Positions 1 to 13,640 are shown, counted from the first letter of the stretch. The stretch: 64,000 bases of DNA from Macrostomum lignano (GCA_002269645.1 NIVC01000173.1:310001-374000); one strand, 5' to 3'. Translations and numbers: made by a program. The notes: generated by a model not told the origin, from the sequence alone.

Positions 1-1
1 G

Positions 2-677
2 TCGCCGACGCACGGGCCGCCGCCGACACAGCCGGCGCAGTGCTCGCAACCTCTGCCAGCCTATCCAATTCCAGATCAGCAGCAGCCAGTTCAACCAGTT
101 CATCCAACTAACCAGCATCCTTATCAGCCCCGGCACCAGTCTCCGCGGCGTCGGCTGCCCTACAAAATGTCTCCGACGCCTAGCGAGCAGGAGTTCGCCG
201 ACATGCACGAGCCGCCATCGCTTGGCATCCAGCAGCAGCAGCAGCCACCCGGCCTCCACCTGCTGTCTCCGCGGACTGGCGCCGCCTCCTCGCGCGAGTC
301 CTCGCATCTCACCCTGACGCCGCAGTCAACTCCGCCTGGTCCGCCGCTGCGCCGCGCCGTGCTGGTGAAGGCCAACACCATCGACCAGCCGGCGAACCGG
401 CAGGCGCAGGCGGACTTTCCACACGACAGCCGACGGAAATTTTCCGACACTCACGTGCTGCGCAGGACGCCGCAGCTGCTGCCGCCGCCGCCGCCTCAGC
501 ACGCGTCGCCTCAGCCGTACCAACACTACCAGCAGCAACTCCAGCATCAGAAGCAGTCGCAGTATCAGCTGTCCCAGCAGCAGGATCCGTTGAATCCGGC
601 TGTTTTGGCCCGTCAGAGCCTCGTTGCGGCACTGCTGACAGCCAGCGAACAAACGCCGCCAAAGCCGCGTCGGTCTA

Positions 678-713
<36 letters not shown>

Positions 714-1574
714 GATCGCCCTCGCCCAAACTGTCGCCGTACAACCTCAGCCCTCGCAGTCTCTCTCCGGCCCACCACCGCGGTCACAGCGGCGGCGGCG
801 GCGGCGGCGGCGCTCCTTTGTCGCCCTTCGGCGGAAATTCCTCTGTCGGTGGTGGAGGCGCCGGCGGGTTCTGTCTGCCTCGGACCAGCTTGGAGACGCT
901 GGGCTCGCTGCCGCGGATCACCATCAGTCCACACGTGCCAGAAGCTGAGGAAGAAAACAAAGGTGATGAAGCTACCACTGAGCAGCAGCTTCAGCCCTAC
1001 AGATTGGACGGCGTCCGCAGCGAGCTGGCGAGTCCCGTCGGGCTGCTGTCGGATCCGAGTCACTCCAAGTCCGACACGTCGCTCGTGTCGATGCGTTTCT
1101 CCGTCGGAGAAACGGCGGCCGGCGGGAATGCCGACGGCAACGCGGCGAAATTAACCGGCGCTCCATACGCAACAAGTAGCTCCTCCATGACCCGCTCCTG
1201 GTCCTCCATGGAGGATCTGAGCGGCCATGCATCATCGGCTGTCCGCAGTCAGCCGCACCGACGACCCGTCGATGCCGGGCCGATGGCTGGAGAAGCTTCC
1301 AGCTCGGCAGCAACGCTGCTGACAATTCCTCAGGACGTTGCCTCGGCCGCCGCCGCCGCCGCCGCCAGCGCTGCAGCCGAGGGTTCACCCGACAACGCCG
1401 ACAACCTGTACCCGACCTCGCGATCGCGCAGCATCCTCCGAGCTCAGACTGTTGACGACGCCGATTCCGAGTTCGTCAGTCGACGACCGCAGCGCGCTTC
1501 CCTAGTCGATTTTGTCACCTGGCCGCATTTCATCCCGGATACGGTCAACCCGCAGGTCGGGGGCACTTTTCAAG
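2..1574 (+). CDS. FMN: Formin (FMN/Cappuccino subfamily) exon A, 5'-partial; low-complexity N-terminus ending in the start of a DEP-like domain
   Basis: Frame 2 has no stop from base 2 to 1621. Donor CAAG|GTAGGG at 1575 (phase 1) joins in frame to exon 9157, giving ...TFQ-G-QSLLSWL. Confidence 0.7.
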
Positions 1575-2157
1575 GTAGGGGACTCTTGGCGAGATTTTTG
1601 AAGAACAACAACTCTAAATGATCTTAGAACCGACCTTGATTCGAAATTTCATTTCAATCGACTCAATTTTACTCGCAGTGTGTGTGCTATTACACATTTT
1701 TTCTTTCCTAATTTCGTCTACCCCCCACCCCCTCCCCCCTATAATGCTTCTCGAGCAGCTCAGCCTGCTTCAACTCTTGAGTGCCAGAGTACCATAGTGG
1801 GGATGATTGCAAGCCTTGGATGAGAGTGTGTGGGGGAGAAGAGGATGAAGGCGTGGGATTGGGAGTTGCAATTCGGGCATTTCTATGGGTTGTGGAATGG
1901 GCAGAGCAACTGCTCAGTGCGAGCACAGTAAGTATTTTGCGCTGGCAATCTCTCGCTTCTCTCTCTGCCTCTCTCTGGGATCGGCAATCTCTGTGCAACT
2001 CGTTACAGCATGTTTGCACACAAGTTGTTCAGCCCAGTGCCATCGCCTGGGTTGATCGATCTTCTTGCTGCCTATCGGGCGCGTTGGAGCTGAAGCAATT
2101 TCCCTTAGTAGCAACTGTTTGAGAGCTATAGGGACTGCGGTGTCTGCCTGCCTGTCT

Positions 2158-2649
<492 letters not shown>

Positions 2650-4054
2650 CACCAGAAGAGAAGTAACGCTATGAAGCAGTGTTCCAAGCTCCTGTCCTGC
2701 GCTTCCCCTTCTTTTTTCCCTCCAATCCTTTCCCTTCCAGTTTGCTCAAACTCAAACCAAACCGAAGCTGTCTTCCTACCCAGCCTCTCTATCACACATT
2801 TGCCCTCTTTTTATTTGGCAAGAAGAAACTCATTGCTTTCTTACCCCACCCTCCCTTCTCATCCAAGTCGCGGCAATGTAGCGCAGGTGGCAGCTGTGTT
2901 GGAGAACTGGCGCCCCAGCCGTACAACTCTCCCCCCGCAGGAAAAAAAGATGAAGGAAGAAATCCTTTTAGAGGAAGTTTCAGAAGCAAACAGATAGCTG
3001 AGGCGACGCGAGACAGGACGCGGAGCTGGGGAGAGTCAAAGTTGCGGAAAACACAAGACAAATTTGCTCCAAAAGGAATGAAGAAATTGGGAAAATGAAA
3101 CAGGAGAGGAGAAGACGGGAGAGCGACGGGGCCAGGCGTTCCCCGCCCCAAGCCAGTTGCACCTGGGAGGAGAGACACGCGACTACAGTATATTCTCACA
3201 CTACAGGTAGCTTTCAAATGCACTTTTCTGTCGGATACAAGTACAGCACTGCCATCGCTGGCTGCTTTCTTGAGCGAAATTTTCACTGACACAACTTCAG
3301 GTTAAGTACAATTGGTCCTGGTTAGTAAGTCAGTACGTTACGTGGCGAGTAAATGAAAAAAAACATGGATAAACATGATAAACAGGATGACCTTCAAAAG
3401 TTGTGACCTTGGCTTGACACAGCAAAACACACGCTAATGCTTCCTGACTACAACTTGATGTACTTACTCATACTTGGATTTGAACTGCAAATATTTATAT
3501 AATTCTGTTGTTTCGAAATCAAAATTAAAATTGTTGATGCTATATATACGTTTACGTGATGATATTATAATCGTAAAAGTTAAGATTAGGCTCAGACTGT
3601 GGGAAAAAGACACTTTTCCCAAATTAGGCAGATTAATCGTTAGGAATTTAAAATAGACAAAAATTGTAAGAAAAAGTTTCTGATAAAAGAATTACAAATT
3701 TTTAAATAATGATTTAGTAGTTTTTGAGGAGACGCGAAAAATATACGATGACGTCATCTTTGCTTCGGATTTAGTATATTAGACTAGCAATTTAAGCCCC
3801 CCGTTGGGGGACGCAAGAATGACGCCAAGTGGTTTTTATTTTGGCCTATGAGTAACAACCTTACTAATTATTCAAAATCCATTAATCAGAACTTACTTTT
3901 TCTCATTTTTGGCAAAAATAAATTGCCATGAATCAAAACCTTCAGCAAATAGTACTTATCCTTTCAAGCACAAACTCTTAGGGCATATCGTCATTGGCCT
4001 GGGCGTATTCTGGTCCGCAGCAGGAGCTCAATATGCCATAAGCCTTGATGACAT

Positions 4055-5135
4055 CTCAATAATTTCCCCAGTAAGCCTTGACATCTCAGCGATTCCTCCC
4101 AGTAAGCCTTGACAATTCAGCAATTCCCCCCAGTAAACCTTGACAATTCAGCGATTCCTCCCAGTAAGCCTTGACATCTCAGCAATTCCCCCCAGTAAGC
4201 CTTGAAATCTCAGTAATTCCCCAGTAAGTCTCGAATTTCAGTAATTCTTCCAGTAAGTCTTGAAGTCTAAGCAATTCCCCCAGTAAGCCTTGACAACTCA
4301 GCAATTCCCCCCAGTAAGCCTTGAAATCTCAGTAATTCCCCAGTAAGTCTCGAATCTCAGTAATTCCTCCAGTAAGTCTTGACTTCTCACAATTCCCCCA
4401 GTAGGCCTTGACAACTCAGCAATTCCCCCAAGTAAGCCTTCACATCTCAGCAATTCCCCCAGTAAGCCTTGACAACTCAGCAATTCCGCCAGTAAACCTT
4501 GAAATCTCAGAAATTCCCCCAGTAAGCCTTGAAGTCTCAGCAATTCCCCCAGTAAGCCTTGACAACTCAGCAATTCCCCCAAGTAAGCCTTCACATCTCA
4601 GCAATTCCCCCAGTAAGCCTTGACAACTCAGCAATTCCCCCAGTAAACCTTGAAATCTCAGAAATTCCCCCAGTAAGCCTTGAAGTCTCAGCAATTCCCC
4701 CAGTAAGCCTTGACTTCTCACAATTCCCCCAGTAGGCCTTGATGACATCTCAGCAATTTCCCCAGTAAGCCTTGACATCGCAGCAACGCGAAGTCGAGCC
4801 TTGGCATCTACGCAATTCTCCCAGCCCAGTAAGCCTTGATATCGCAGAAATCCCCCCAGTAAGCCTCGACATCGCAGCAATTACCCCATTAAGCCTTGAA
4901 ATCGCAGAAATCACCCCGTAAGCCTTGACATTGCAGCAATTAAACTCGAGCCTTGGCATCTACGCAATTCTCCCAGTCCAGTAAGCCTCGAGATCGCAGC
5001 AATTACCCCAGTAAGCCTTGACATCTCAGCAATTCCCCCAGTTAGCCTTGAAATCTCAGCAATTCCCCCAGTAAGCCTCGAGATCGCAGCAATTACCCCA
5101 GTAAGCCTTGAAATCTCAACAATTCCCCCAGAAAG
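4055..5135. repeat. ~30-bp minisatellite (CCCAGTAAGCCTTGACATCTCAGCAATTCC)
   Basis: Degenerate tandem copies. Source of several spurious ORFs. Confidence 0.93.
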
Positions 5136-5810
5136 CCAGATAAATTTGCTGCTTCAATGCAGACTCGAACTGCCGACCAGCTGCTTAGCCTATGCCTGTT
5201 ATTGCTTGTCTACAGTAATTCAGTCATTCTTGGAATTAGCTATCCCTTCTAATCCCGCAAAAACAGACTGCAGTCATACTATTAACAGCCTGCAGTTATC
5301 CACTTTGCCGTCTACAGCTTTCATTAACATCAGCAAACTACAATAATTCACTCAGCAGTCTGCAGTTATCCCCTCAACAACTTGCACTTAATCATTCACA
5401 GTTATTATCCACTTAAACTCTGTAGATAGTTATCCCATCGGCAGTTTGCAGCTATACACTCATAAGTCTGGAGGAACTACCTCAGCAGTTTTTCGTTTTT
5501 CAACTTTGCAGTCTAAATGAATGATCCCTTCGACAATCTGCAGTTCTCCTCAGCAATCTGCGGTCATTCCATTTGCAGTCTACAACAATTCTCATTTATC
5601 CCCTCAGCAGTCTGCAGTTTTCCTCTTTGCTGGCCCCTCAGTGTCCTCAGGAAGCTGCAGTGATGCTTTCAATAATTGTACGGCTCATTATATAATCAAT
5701 TTTCGATAGATATTGGCAGTCTTTTGCACATCAATGCAACGAAGATTTTGCATCGTCTGCATTTTTGCGATTAGTCCAGGCACAAGCTACAAATAAATGA
5801 AAACTAATTT

Positions 5811-5897
5811 AATATATTTTTATCTCCCTCGTGCATACTCTGAAGCTTGCAAATATATTTTTATCTCCCTCGTGCATACTCTGAAGCTTGCAAATAT
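5811..5897. repeat. Two-copy ~42-bp tandem duplication
   Basis: AATATATTTTT(T)ATCTCCCTCGTGCATACTCTGAAGCTTGCA occurs twice. Confidence 0.85.
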
Positions 5898-8639
5898 TTA
5901 ATTATTTATAGCTCGTAGCATCAGCTCAAGAAATTAAATTTTAGTCTATGGCCATAGACGTATTATTATTTTTCGATCTCTCACTGCGAGAAAAATACAC
6001 TAATTAGATAGGGAAAATGCAGTTTTTTGAATATTTAAGACCTTTAGAATTGAAGCAGATAAAAGAAATGTTAACCATACAATCCTTGGTTGAGTTGCAA
6101 CTTTTTGGTGAAAACGCGATCGAAATTGGTCAAGAATTGCAGTCTGTAGAGCGTTTTACACGGACATAGATTAGAGATTTAGTATATAAGACTAGCCATG
6201 TAGCCCACTTCGGGGGGAAGCTTAAACATAACTTCCGTTTCCCGTTGAACATTTCCCTTGAAGCTTCTCAATCTAACTGCTTCACAATCCCATTTTTGGC
6301 CATAGACAATAAAAAGCAAGTCTTCAGTAGCTTGACTATGCTAGCCAGCTAAGGATTGAATAGCTTGCTCCTAGGCTGAATTGGCTTGGAAAGTGCTATA
6401 CTATCAGTGCGCTCCTAACTAAGTAAGGCTTTTAATTAAAGACAACCCTAAATACAAACTTTCATGCTTTTTCTAGAAGTTGTAATCGAAAAAAAGATTT
6501 GTTTAATAATACACATTGTTTCCTCTTTGTCGCAGAGCGTTTCTCCAGAATTTTATCGAACACACGCAAAGAGCAATATGTGTACTGGAGGCTCAGAATG
6601 TGCAGCAGATATTGTCAATACGTAAAAACTGAATAATGAGCTCTGCTAAGCTTCCGTTTTTTGGATATTTCCCCTATACCTAGATGCATGTGATGTAGCT
6701 CGCATTAGGGCAAGTGCTTAATAAGCCATCTAGTGCTCCTATTATGGACGGTCGCAGAAAGCTTGCCTAGCTCAGCTAAAAAAACTAGCATTGCCATGTC
6801 AGCTCACTCTACTGGGCTGTCCAGCTCTACCCAGAACGGTAGCGGGGGCAGGGCTGTTCCCAGGCCAGACTGTACGCGCATTTATTAAATCCTCTGAAGC
6901 CTCCCTACAACCCGCGGCCTCAGCTCTCAATTTATCCTAAGCCTAGGGAACTGGGATTTGGCATTTAGTGCGTCGCGCAAGGCAAGACGAGGGTAAGGGA
7001 TAGAAGTCTGCTAATGAGACTTGGGAGCTGGCAGAGGTAGGTAGGGGGCTAGCCTGACCAATCTAATTCTTTTCTACTTAACTGCCAACTCATACTTAAT
7101 ATCTGCTTGAAAGCAGTTCAAAGCTATCCTATTCTTCAGTGTTCTCTTTCTGAGTTTTATAAAAATTCCAAATTTAGCTACTATGCTTATGCTGCGATCA
7201 GAGATATTGATCAACCGAGATACGGTCAAGGGCCGCTTAGAATAAGTGTATCGTAATTTTTACAAGGCTCACATGCAAAGATATAATATACTCGTAATAT
7301 ATAACTGTGACTGTCGCGACTTTCTTAGTCATTTCTTCAGTTCATCTGTACTTGTTGTGGCGGCCAGACTGTACGCGACTGGCAGCACCAGTGCAGCCGC
7401 ACTGGAAACGCCCCCAAACCTCTGTCTAGCTGAGGTGGGGTGGGTGCGCGCCATGCTAGCCGGCTCGCTAAGCCGGGGGGGGGGTCGGCGTAGCCTATCA
7501 CGCCACGCCACCTTTTCGCACCTCCCTAGGCCCCTCAATCTCGCGCAGTCTGTGTACATATAAATATACATGAAATGCAGCACAAAAACTCTTCGCTGCC
7601 ATTCCATCTATTGAAACAAAAAGGCCTTCCGCCTCATTGTCCTATTTGCTCTGTTTTTCTCTCCCTCTCTGTCCAGTTCAGTCTTGTTATTCTCTCTCTC
7701 TCCCTCGCTGCCTTCTGATTGGCTCTTCAGTCTCGTTATTCTTATCTCTCTCCCCTTCAGCCTCGTTATTCTTATCTCTCTCTCCCTCGCTGACTTCTGA
7801 TTGGCTCTTTAATCTCGCATCTTTCCTTTGTCGCGCACTCCACTCATTTGCACTCAACCCCCACCCCATTAATCTAGTTAGCTCGTAATGACTTATACTC
7901 GTAAATACACTCAAATGGGCCCTGCGCCCAACCAACTTTGGATTTTCATATCATTAGATAGTTTCTCTTATTTTTATCTACGTACATGGCGCCCGAACAA
8001 AAATGCCTACATAAATGTAGATTTAGAATTTCAACGGTACCTCTACGGAGTACCTCTGCAGTAACTATTGACGCTTGTAAGAGGAAGGATTTACACTGGC
8101 GCGCTCTCTGATATATGCATGGTCGCTTTTGTTTTTTTATTCCTTGGTTTCTTCGGCCTTTAGCGATCAGCGAGAGAGCGATGAGAGTAGAGACAGATGA
8201 GGTAAATGGAGACTGGTCCACACTGTCGGATGGTGCAGCTGGTGCATACACAACAGACTGCAAGCTCGATAAATTATGCATTTTATTCTCTCGTCTCTCC
8301 CCTCCCTTTCTCTATACCCCTCTCAGTTCGTTCAGTTATAATTCCGCACTAGAGTTGCCTATGGGCCGCGATCTCGCCTATATGTGCAGCATAATCCCAA
8401 GGCCTTAATCCTCGGGCTTCCGGGAGCACACGGCGTTGAGTGGGAAGATTCCACTACCGGGCTATGGCTAACCGACGATGTCATGTGAACTCTACCTTGT
8501 AGTTATTTGTAGAGAGAGAAAGTTTTCTTTGTAGCTCAGCAGATGTTAAAGGATATTAGAGGTTAAGGGATTATGGACTTAGTAATCCCTTATGCTTATG
8601 GAGTCGAAGTGTATACAGTGGTGTCAATGGAAGTAGGAT

Positions 8640-8992
8640 CTAGGGTCTAGAAGTAGCTGAAATTGTCTAGAAGTAGCCAATAGGGTCTAGAAGTAGCCAA
8701 TAGGGTCTAGAAGTATAGCCAATAGGGTCTAGAAGTAGCCAATAGGGTCTAGAAGTAGCCAATAGGGTCTAGAAGTAGCCAATAGGGTCTAGAAGTAGCC
8801 AATAGGGTCTAGAAGTAGCCAATAGGGTCTAGAAGTAGCCAATAGGGTCTAGAAGTATAGCCAATAGGGTAATAGGGTCTAGAAGTAGCCAATAGGGTCT
8901 AGAAGTAGCCAATAGGGTCTAGAAGTAGCCAATAGGGTCTAGAAGTAGCCAATAGGGTCTAGAAGTAGCCAATAGGGTCTAGAAGTAGCCAA
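8640..8992. repeat. 20-bp minisatellite (AATAGGGTCTAGAAGTAGCC)
   Basis: Tandem copies, directly visible. Confidence 0.95.
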
Positions 8993-9156
8993 AATGATCT
9001 ATAAGTACGCTCGTAGGCGTTAAGTTACCAAATCTTGGATTCGAGGTTTAGGATAGCGCATTGGGAGATCTCTTATCGAGACAGATGCAGCTGTGCAGAT
9101 CAGCCTATTTGATGCAGATGTTTTATAACCCTATTAATTATCCCCATGCATTGCAG

Positions 9157-9314
9157 GACAGAGTCTGCTGTCTTGGTTAACAAGTTCGGCACATTTTCTC
9201 AACGTAAAGGCGCGCGGCGAACTGTACCTGTTCGTCAATCAGGTTTGCACCTGCCTGCTGGCTCTGGGCGTCATTCGTCAGGTGCAAAGCGATGCGCCAA
9301 ACTCAGTGTTTAGG
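9157..9314 (+). CDS. FMN: Formin exon B (DEP-like core: GQSLLSWLTSSAHFLNVKARGELYLFVNQVCTCLLALGVIRQVQSDAPNSVFR)
   Basis: Acceptor TTGCAG| at 9156 and donor AGG|GTGAGA at 9315. Phases match both neighbouring exons (1 in, 0 out). Not in the ORF track. Confidence 0.7.
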
Positions 9315-9423
9315 GTGAGAATTTAATAATAATTATGAGTTTAATCAGCCACAAATTCAGTACGTTGAATGTCATTTTAATTTTAAAGCCATCAGTTAAC
9401 CCATGCAGATAACTAGATTTTTA

Positions 9424-11015
9424 CTTAAACACTAGCGATTCAATTTAAACACTAGCGATTCAATTTAAACACTAGCGATTCAATTTAAACACTAGCGATT
9501 CAATTTAAACACTAGCGATTCAATTTAAACACTAGCGATTCAATTTAAACACTAGCGATTCAATTTAAACACTAGCGATTCAATTAAAACACTAGCGATT
9601 CAATTTAAACACTAGCGATTCAACTTAAACACTAGCGATTCAATTAAAACACTATAGCGATTCAACTTAAACACTAGCGATTCAATTTAAACACTAGCGA
9701 TTCAATTTAAACACTAGCGATTCAATTTAAACACGAGCGATTCAATTTAAACACTAGCGATTCAATTTAAACACGAGCGATTCAATTTAAACACGAGCGA
9801 TTCAATTTAAACATGAGCGATTTAATTTAAACACTAGCGATTCAATTTAAACACTAGCGATTCAATTTAAACACTAGCGATTCAATTTAAACACTAGCGA
9901 TTCAATTTAAACACGAGCGATTCAATTTAAACACTAGCGATTCAATTTAAACACTAGCGATTCAATTTAAACACTAGCGATTCAATTTAAACACTAGCGA
10001 TTCAATTTAAACATGAGCGATTTAATTTAAACACTAGCGATTCAATTTAAACACTAGCGATTCAATTTAAACACTAGCGATTCAATTTAAACACTAGCGA
10101 TTCAATTTAAACACTAGCGATTCAATTTAAACACTAGCGATTCAATTTAAACACGAGCGATTCAATTTAAACACGAGCGATTCAATTTAAACATGAGCGA
10201 TTTAATTTAAACACTAGCGATTCAATTTAAACACTAGCGATTCAATTTAAACACTAGCGATTCAATTTAAACACGAGCGATTCAATTTAAACACTAGCGA
10301 TTCAATTTAAACACGAGCGATTCAATTTAAACACGAGCGATTCAATTTAAACATGAGCGATTTAATTTAAACACTAGCGATTCAATTTAAACACTAGCGA
10401 TTCAATTTAAACACTAGCGATTCAATTTAAACACTAGCGATTCAATTTAAACACTAGCGATTCAATTTAAACACTAGCGATTCAATTTAAACACTAGCGA
10501 TTCAATTTAAACATGAGCGATTTAATTTAAACACTAGCGATTTAATTTAAACACTAGCGATTCAATTTAAACACTAGCGATTCAATTTAAACACTAGCGA
10601 TTCAATTTAAACACTAGCGATTCAATTTAAACACGAGCGATTTAATTTAAACACTAGCGATTCAATTTAAACACGAGCGATTCAATTTAAACACGAGCGA
10701 TTCAATTTAAACATGAGCGATTTAATTTAAACACTAGCGATTCAATTTAAACACTAGCGATTCAATTTAAACATGAGCGATTTAATTTAAACACGAGCGA
10801 TTCAATTTAAACACGAGCGATTCAATTTAAACACTAGCGATTTAATTTAAACACTAGCGATTCAATTTAAACACTAGCGATTCAATTTAAACACGAGCGA
10901 TTCAATTTAAACATGAGCGATTTAATTTAAACACTAGTGATTCAATTTAAACACTAGCGATTCTATTTAAACACGAGCGATTCAATTTAAACACGAGCGA
11001 TTCAATTTAAACACC
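9424..11015. repeat. 20-bp satellite (TTCAATTTAAACACTAGCGA), about 1.6 kb
   Basis: Highly homogeneous tandem array filling most of the formin B-C intron. Confidence 0.97.
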
Positions 11016-11472
11016 GGAAATGGAATTTAAACACTTCTATATTTAATAATACTATTCGGATATGCCATAATATCAAACTGAAAACAACAAACAAGTACAA
11101 AATATGTTCGAATGATTCAGCTGCCTAAATTGGAAAGCAATTTTGCTTCTGCGTAAGCAGCATTCTTTTTCCACTGCGATATCAAATGCTGCAGTGAATT
11201 TATTTGAATTAACAAAAGCTATTAATAGACAAATGTATGCAGAATTTACAAATGTCTGGTAGTTTATGTACAAGAGACCTTTATAGAATTTAATAAACCA
11301 TAGCATTTTGCTATTATCGTCCGCTATTGTGAAGTGGGATCATGCAGCTGGCAGCTGTTCATACTAGTAGCCATTGACAATGAACTGCAGCCTGTCCCAA
11401 TGCCCCGAGTTCTGCCTTTCCGACCGAATCTCCATCACTGTGCTGTATCCCGAGCCGCCTTCGACTTTGCAG

Positions 11473-11535
11473 CCGCACGAGTTCTACGAATGGTGCGGTC
11501 AGCAGGCTCCTCCGCCAGCAACGCAGCCGACGTCT

Positions 11536-11573
<38 letters not shown>

Positions 11574-12219
11574 CAACTTGTCGCCTTCAAGACGTCAGCA
11601 ACGACAGCTTCAACAGCAACCGACAGTTGGCGAGTCCGCGGAAGACACTGTCTGTGCCGCCCTCGCCCAGGCGAAGCGAGACTTTGACGACAGAATCAAC
11701 CGGCTGCAGCTGGAGCACAAGGAGGAGCTGGAGCGGCAACGGCAGGACGCTGATTTAAGAATCTTCCAAGCTAAAAATGAAAGCGTCATGAAGGTCTGCA
11801 GTCTGCGCGACAAAATCGAACAGCTCGAGCAGCGGGTTGAGAAGTATCGGATTCTAGCTGGAATCGAGGGCTTGCTCAGCGGTCAGGATGTTGCTGCGGT
11901 GGCGACGGCTTCCGCTGCCGCTGAAAAAAGCGGCTCTAGCAAGACTTTACCGACCGCTGCTGCTCAGGGCCCAGCGATTGGCTCTGATTCCGCTTCCGCA
12001 GCTGATGGTACCGCAGCTCCTCCAGTCGCGCCAGCCAGCTTTGACAAGTCGGTGGACACCAGCGATATTCAGCAGGTGCTGGGCGAACTCAGCAGCAGCA
12101 GTCCCGAGTCGCGCAGCCCGTTGGCAAGCGCCTCCGACTGCGCACCGATGACGGTCGACGCTTCAGCGCAGACGGACGTCTCCGGATTCGCGGCACCGCC
12201 TCCGCCGCCTCCGCCGCCG

Positions 12220-12254
<35 letters not shown>

Positions 12255-12884
12255 CCCTCCACCACCACCGCCCCCGCCGCCTCCGCCACCGCGACCAAGC
12301 AGCCTCAGTGGCGGCGCCGCCAAGTCTGCCAGCAACCAGCAGCAGCCGGGCTCCCAGGTGAGCGTCAAGGAGCAGATCATGCACTGGCAGGAGCAGTCAG
12401 TGGAGCCGCATCGCCGGGCCTGTCTCAACCTCAAGACGCTCTACTGGTCGCCGATCTACTTGAACCGGCTGCCGCCTGGCAAAGCCGGAGTCTGGGAGTC
12501 TGTCGACAGGATGGCGCTGCCAAACTCGCGCGATCTTGAGCGCCTGTTCGCCAGGCCGAGTGGCGAGTTGAGCAAGGCGGGTCGAGCCGCCAGCGCGGCC
12601 GGCAACTTGGACAGCCCGCTGAGTGCAAGCGCCGAGGGGAAGCCGTCCGGCTCTCCCGCCAAGCTGTTGAACTCGAAACGGGCTCAGAATTTAGGCATTT
12701 TTATTGCTGCAACCCAGATAGACAAGGACGCTCTGTACAGCTGTTTGGTGGCCTTTGAACCTGGCTGCATCTCCGTGGAGCAGCTCAAACAGCTGCGCGA
12801 TCTCACGCCAAGTCAGGAGGAGATGGCTCAGATTAAAGAGTTCGTGGCCTCAAATCCTGGAGCAGTTTTGGATCGGCCTGAGCG
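11473..12884 (+). CDS. FMN: Formin exon C: end of DEP-like domain, poly-Q, coiled coil, FH1 polyproline, start of FH2
   Basis: Lies in ORF 11374..12888. About 32 consecutive Pro at 12196-12291. LKTLYWSPI...VWESV...LERLF...KLLNSKRAQNLGI matches the FH2 start of FMN formins. Acceptor CTTTGCAG| at 11472, donor CG|GTGAGT at 12885. Confidence 0.9.
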
Positions 12885-12939
12885 GTGAGTCTGTGCAGGT
12901 TGACTGCATCAAATTACTGCTGGTAGATAACCCAACTCT

Positions 12940-13640
12940 CACCAAGCTCTGTGTAATCGGTGAGCATGTCTCTCTCACCCAGCTCTGTGCATTCGGTGAG
13001 CATGTACTCTCACCCAGCCCTGTCATTTAGTGAGCATCTACTCTCACCTAGCCCTGTCCTTTAGTGAGCATCTACTCTCACCTAGATCTGTCCTTTAGTG
13101 AGCATCTACTCTCACCTAGATCTGTCCTTTAGTGAGCATCTACTCTCACCTAGATCTGTCCTTTAGTGAGCATCTACTCTCACCTAGATCTGTCCTTCAG
13201 TGAGCATCTACTCTCACCTAGCCCTGTCCTTTAGTGAGCATCTACTCTCACCTAGATCTGTCCTTTAGTGAGCATCTACTCTCACCTAGCCCTGTCTTTT
13301 AGTGAGCATCTACTCTCACCTAGATCTGTCCTTTAGTAAGCATCTACTCTCACCTAGATCTGTCCTTTAGTGAGCATCTACTCTCACCTAGATCTGTCCT
13401 TTAGTGAGCATCTACTCTCACCTAGATCTGTCCTTCAGTGAGCATCTACTCTCACCTAGATCTGTCCTTTAGTGAGCATCTACTCTCACCTAGATCTGTC
13501 TTTTAGTGAGCATCTACTCTCACCTAGATCTGTCCTTTAGTGAGCATCTACTCTCACCTAGATCTGTCCTTTAGTGAGCATCTACTCTCACCTAGATCTG
13601 TCCTTTAGTGAGCATTTACTCTTACCTATATCTGTAACTT
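12940..13640. repeat. 34-bp minisatellite (TGAGCATCTACTCTCACCTAGATCTGTCCTTTAG)
   Basis: Tandem array just after the donor at 12885. Confidence 0.95.

Larger units (their letters stand above)
3784..6191 (-). mobile_element. Putative non-autonomous Helitron-like element
   Basis: On the minus strand it starts TCTTATATACTAAATC (6191) and ends with a CCCCC-AAC-GGGGG hairpin about 10 nt before CTAG (3787-3784). No Rep/helicase ORF. Contains the 30-bp minisatellite. Confidence 0.45.

Noticed and set aside
160-1388. Minus-strand ORFs over the GC-rich exons (also 11359-12662, 25264, 30578-31041, 32717-33197)
   Set aside because: Antisense shadows of stop-poor GC-rich coding exons, with no recognisable motifs.
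9424-11015. Regular short repeats resembling a CRISPR array (also 20685-21760 and 48857-49262)
   Set aside because: Units are directly adjacent with no unique spacers. There are no cas genes and the context is eukaryotic and intronic.
11374-11472. 5' part of ORF 11374 as the formin start
   Set aside because: It begins at TTG after an in-frame stop. The acceptor at 11472 gives a phase-correct join that completes the DEP-like motif, so this stretch is probably intronic.
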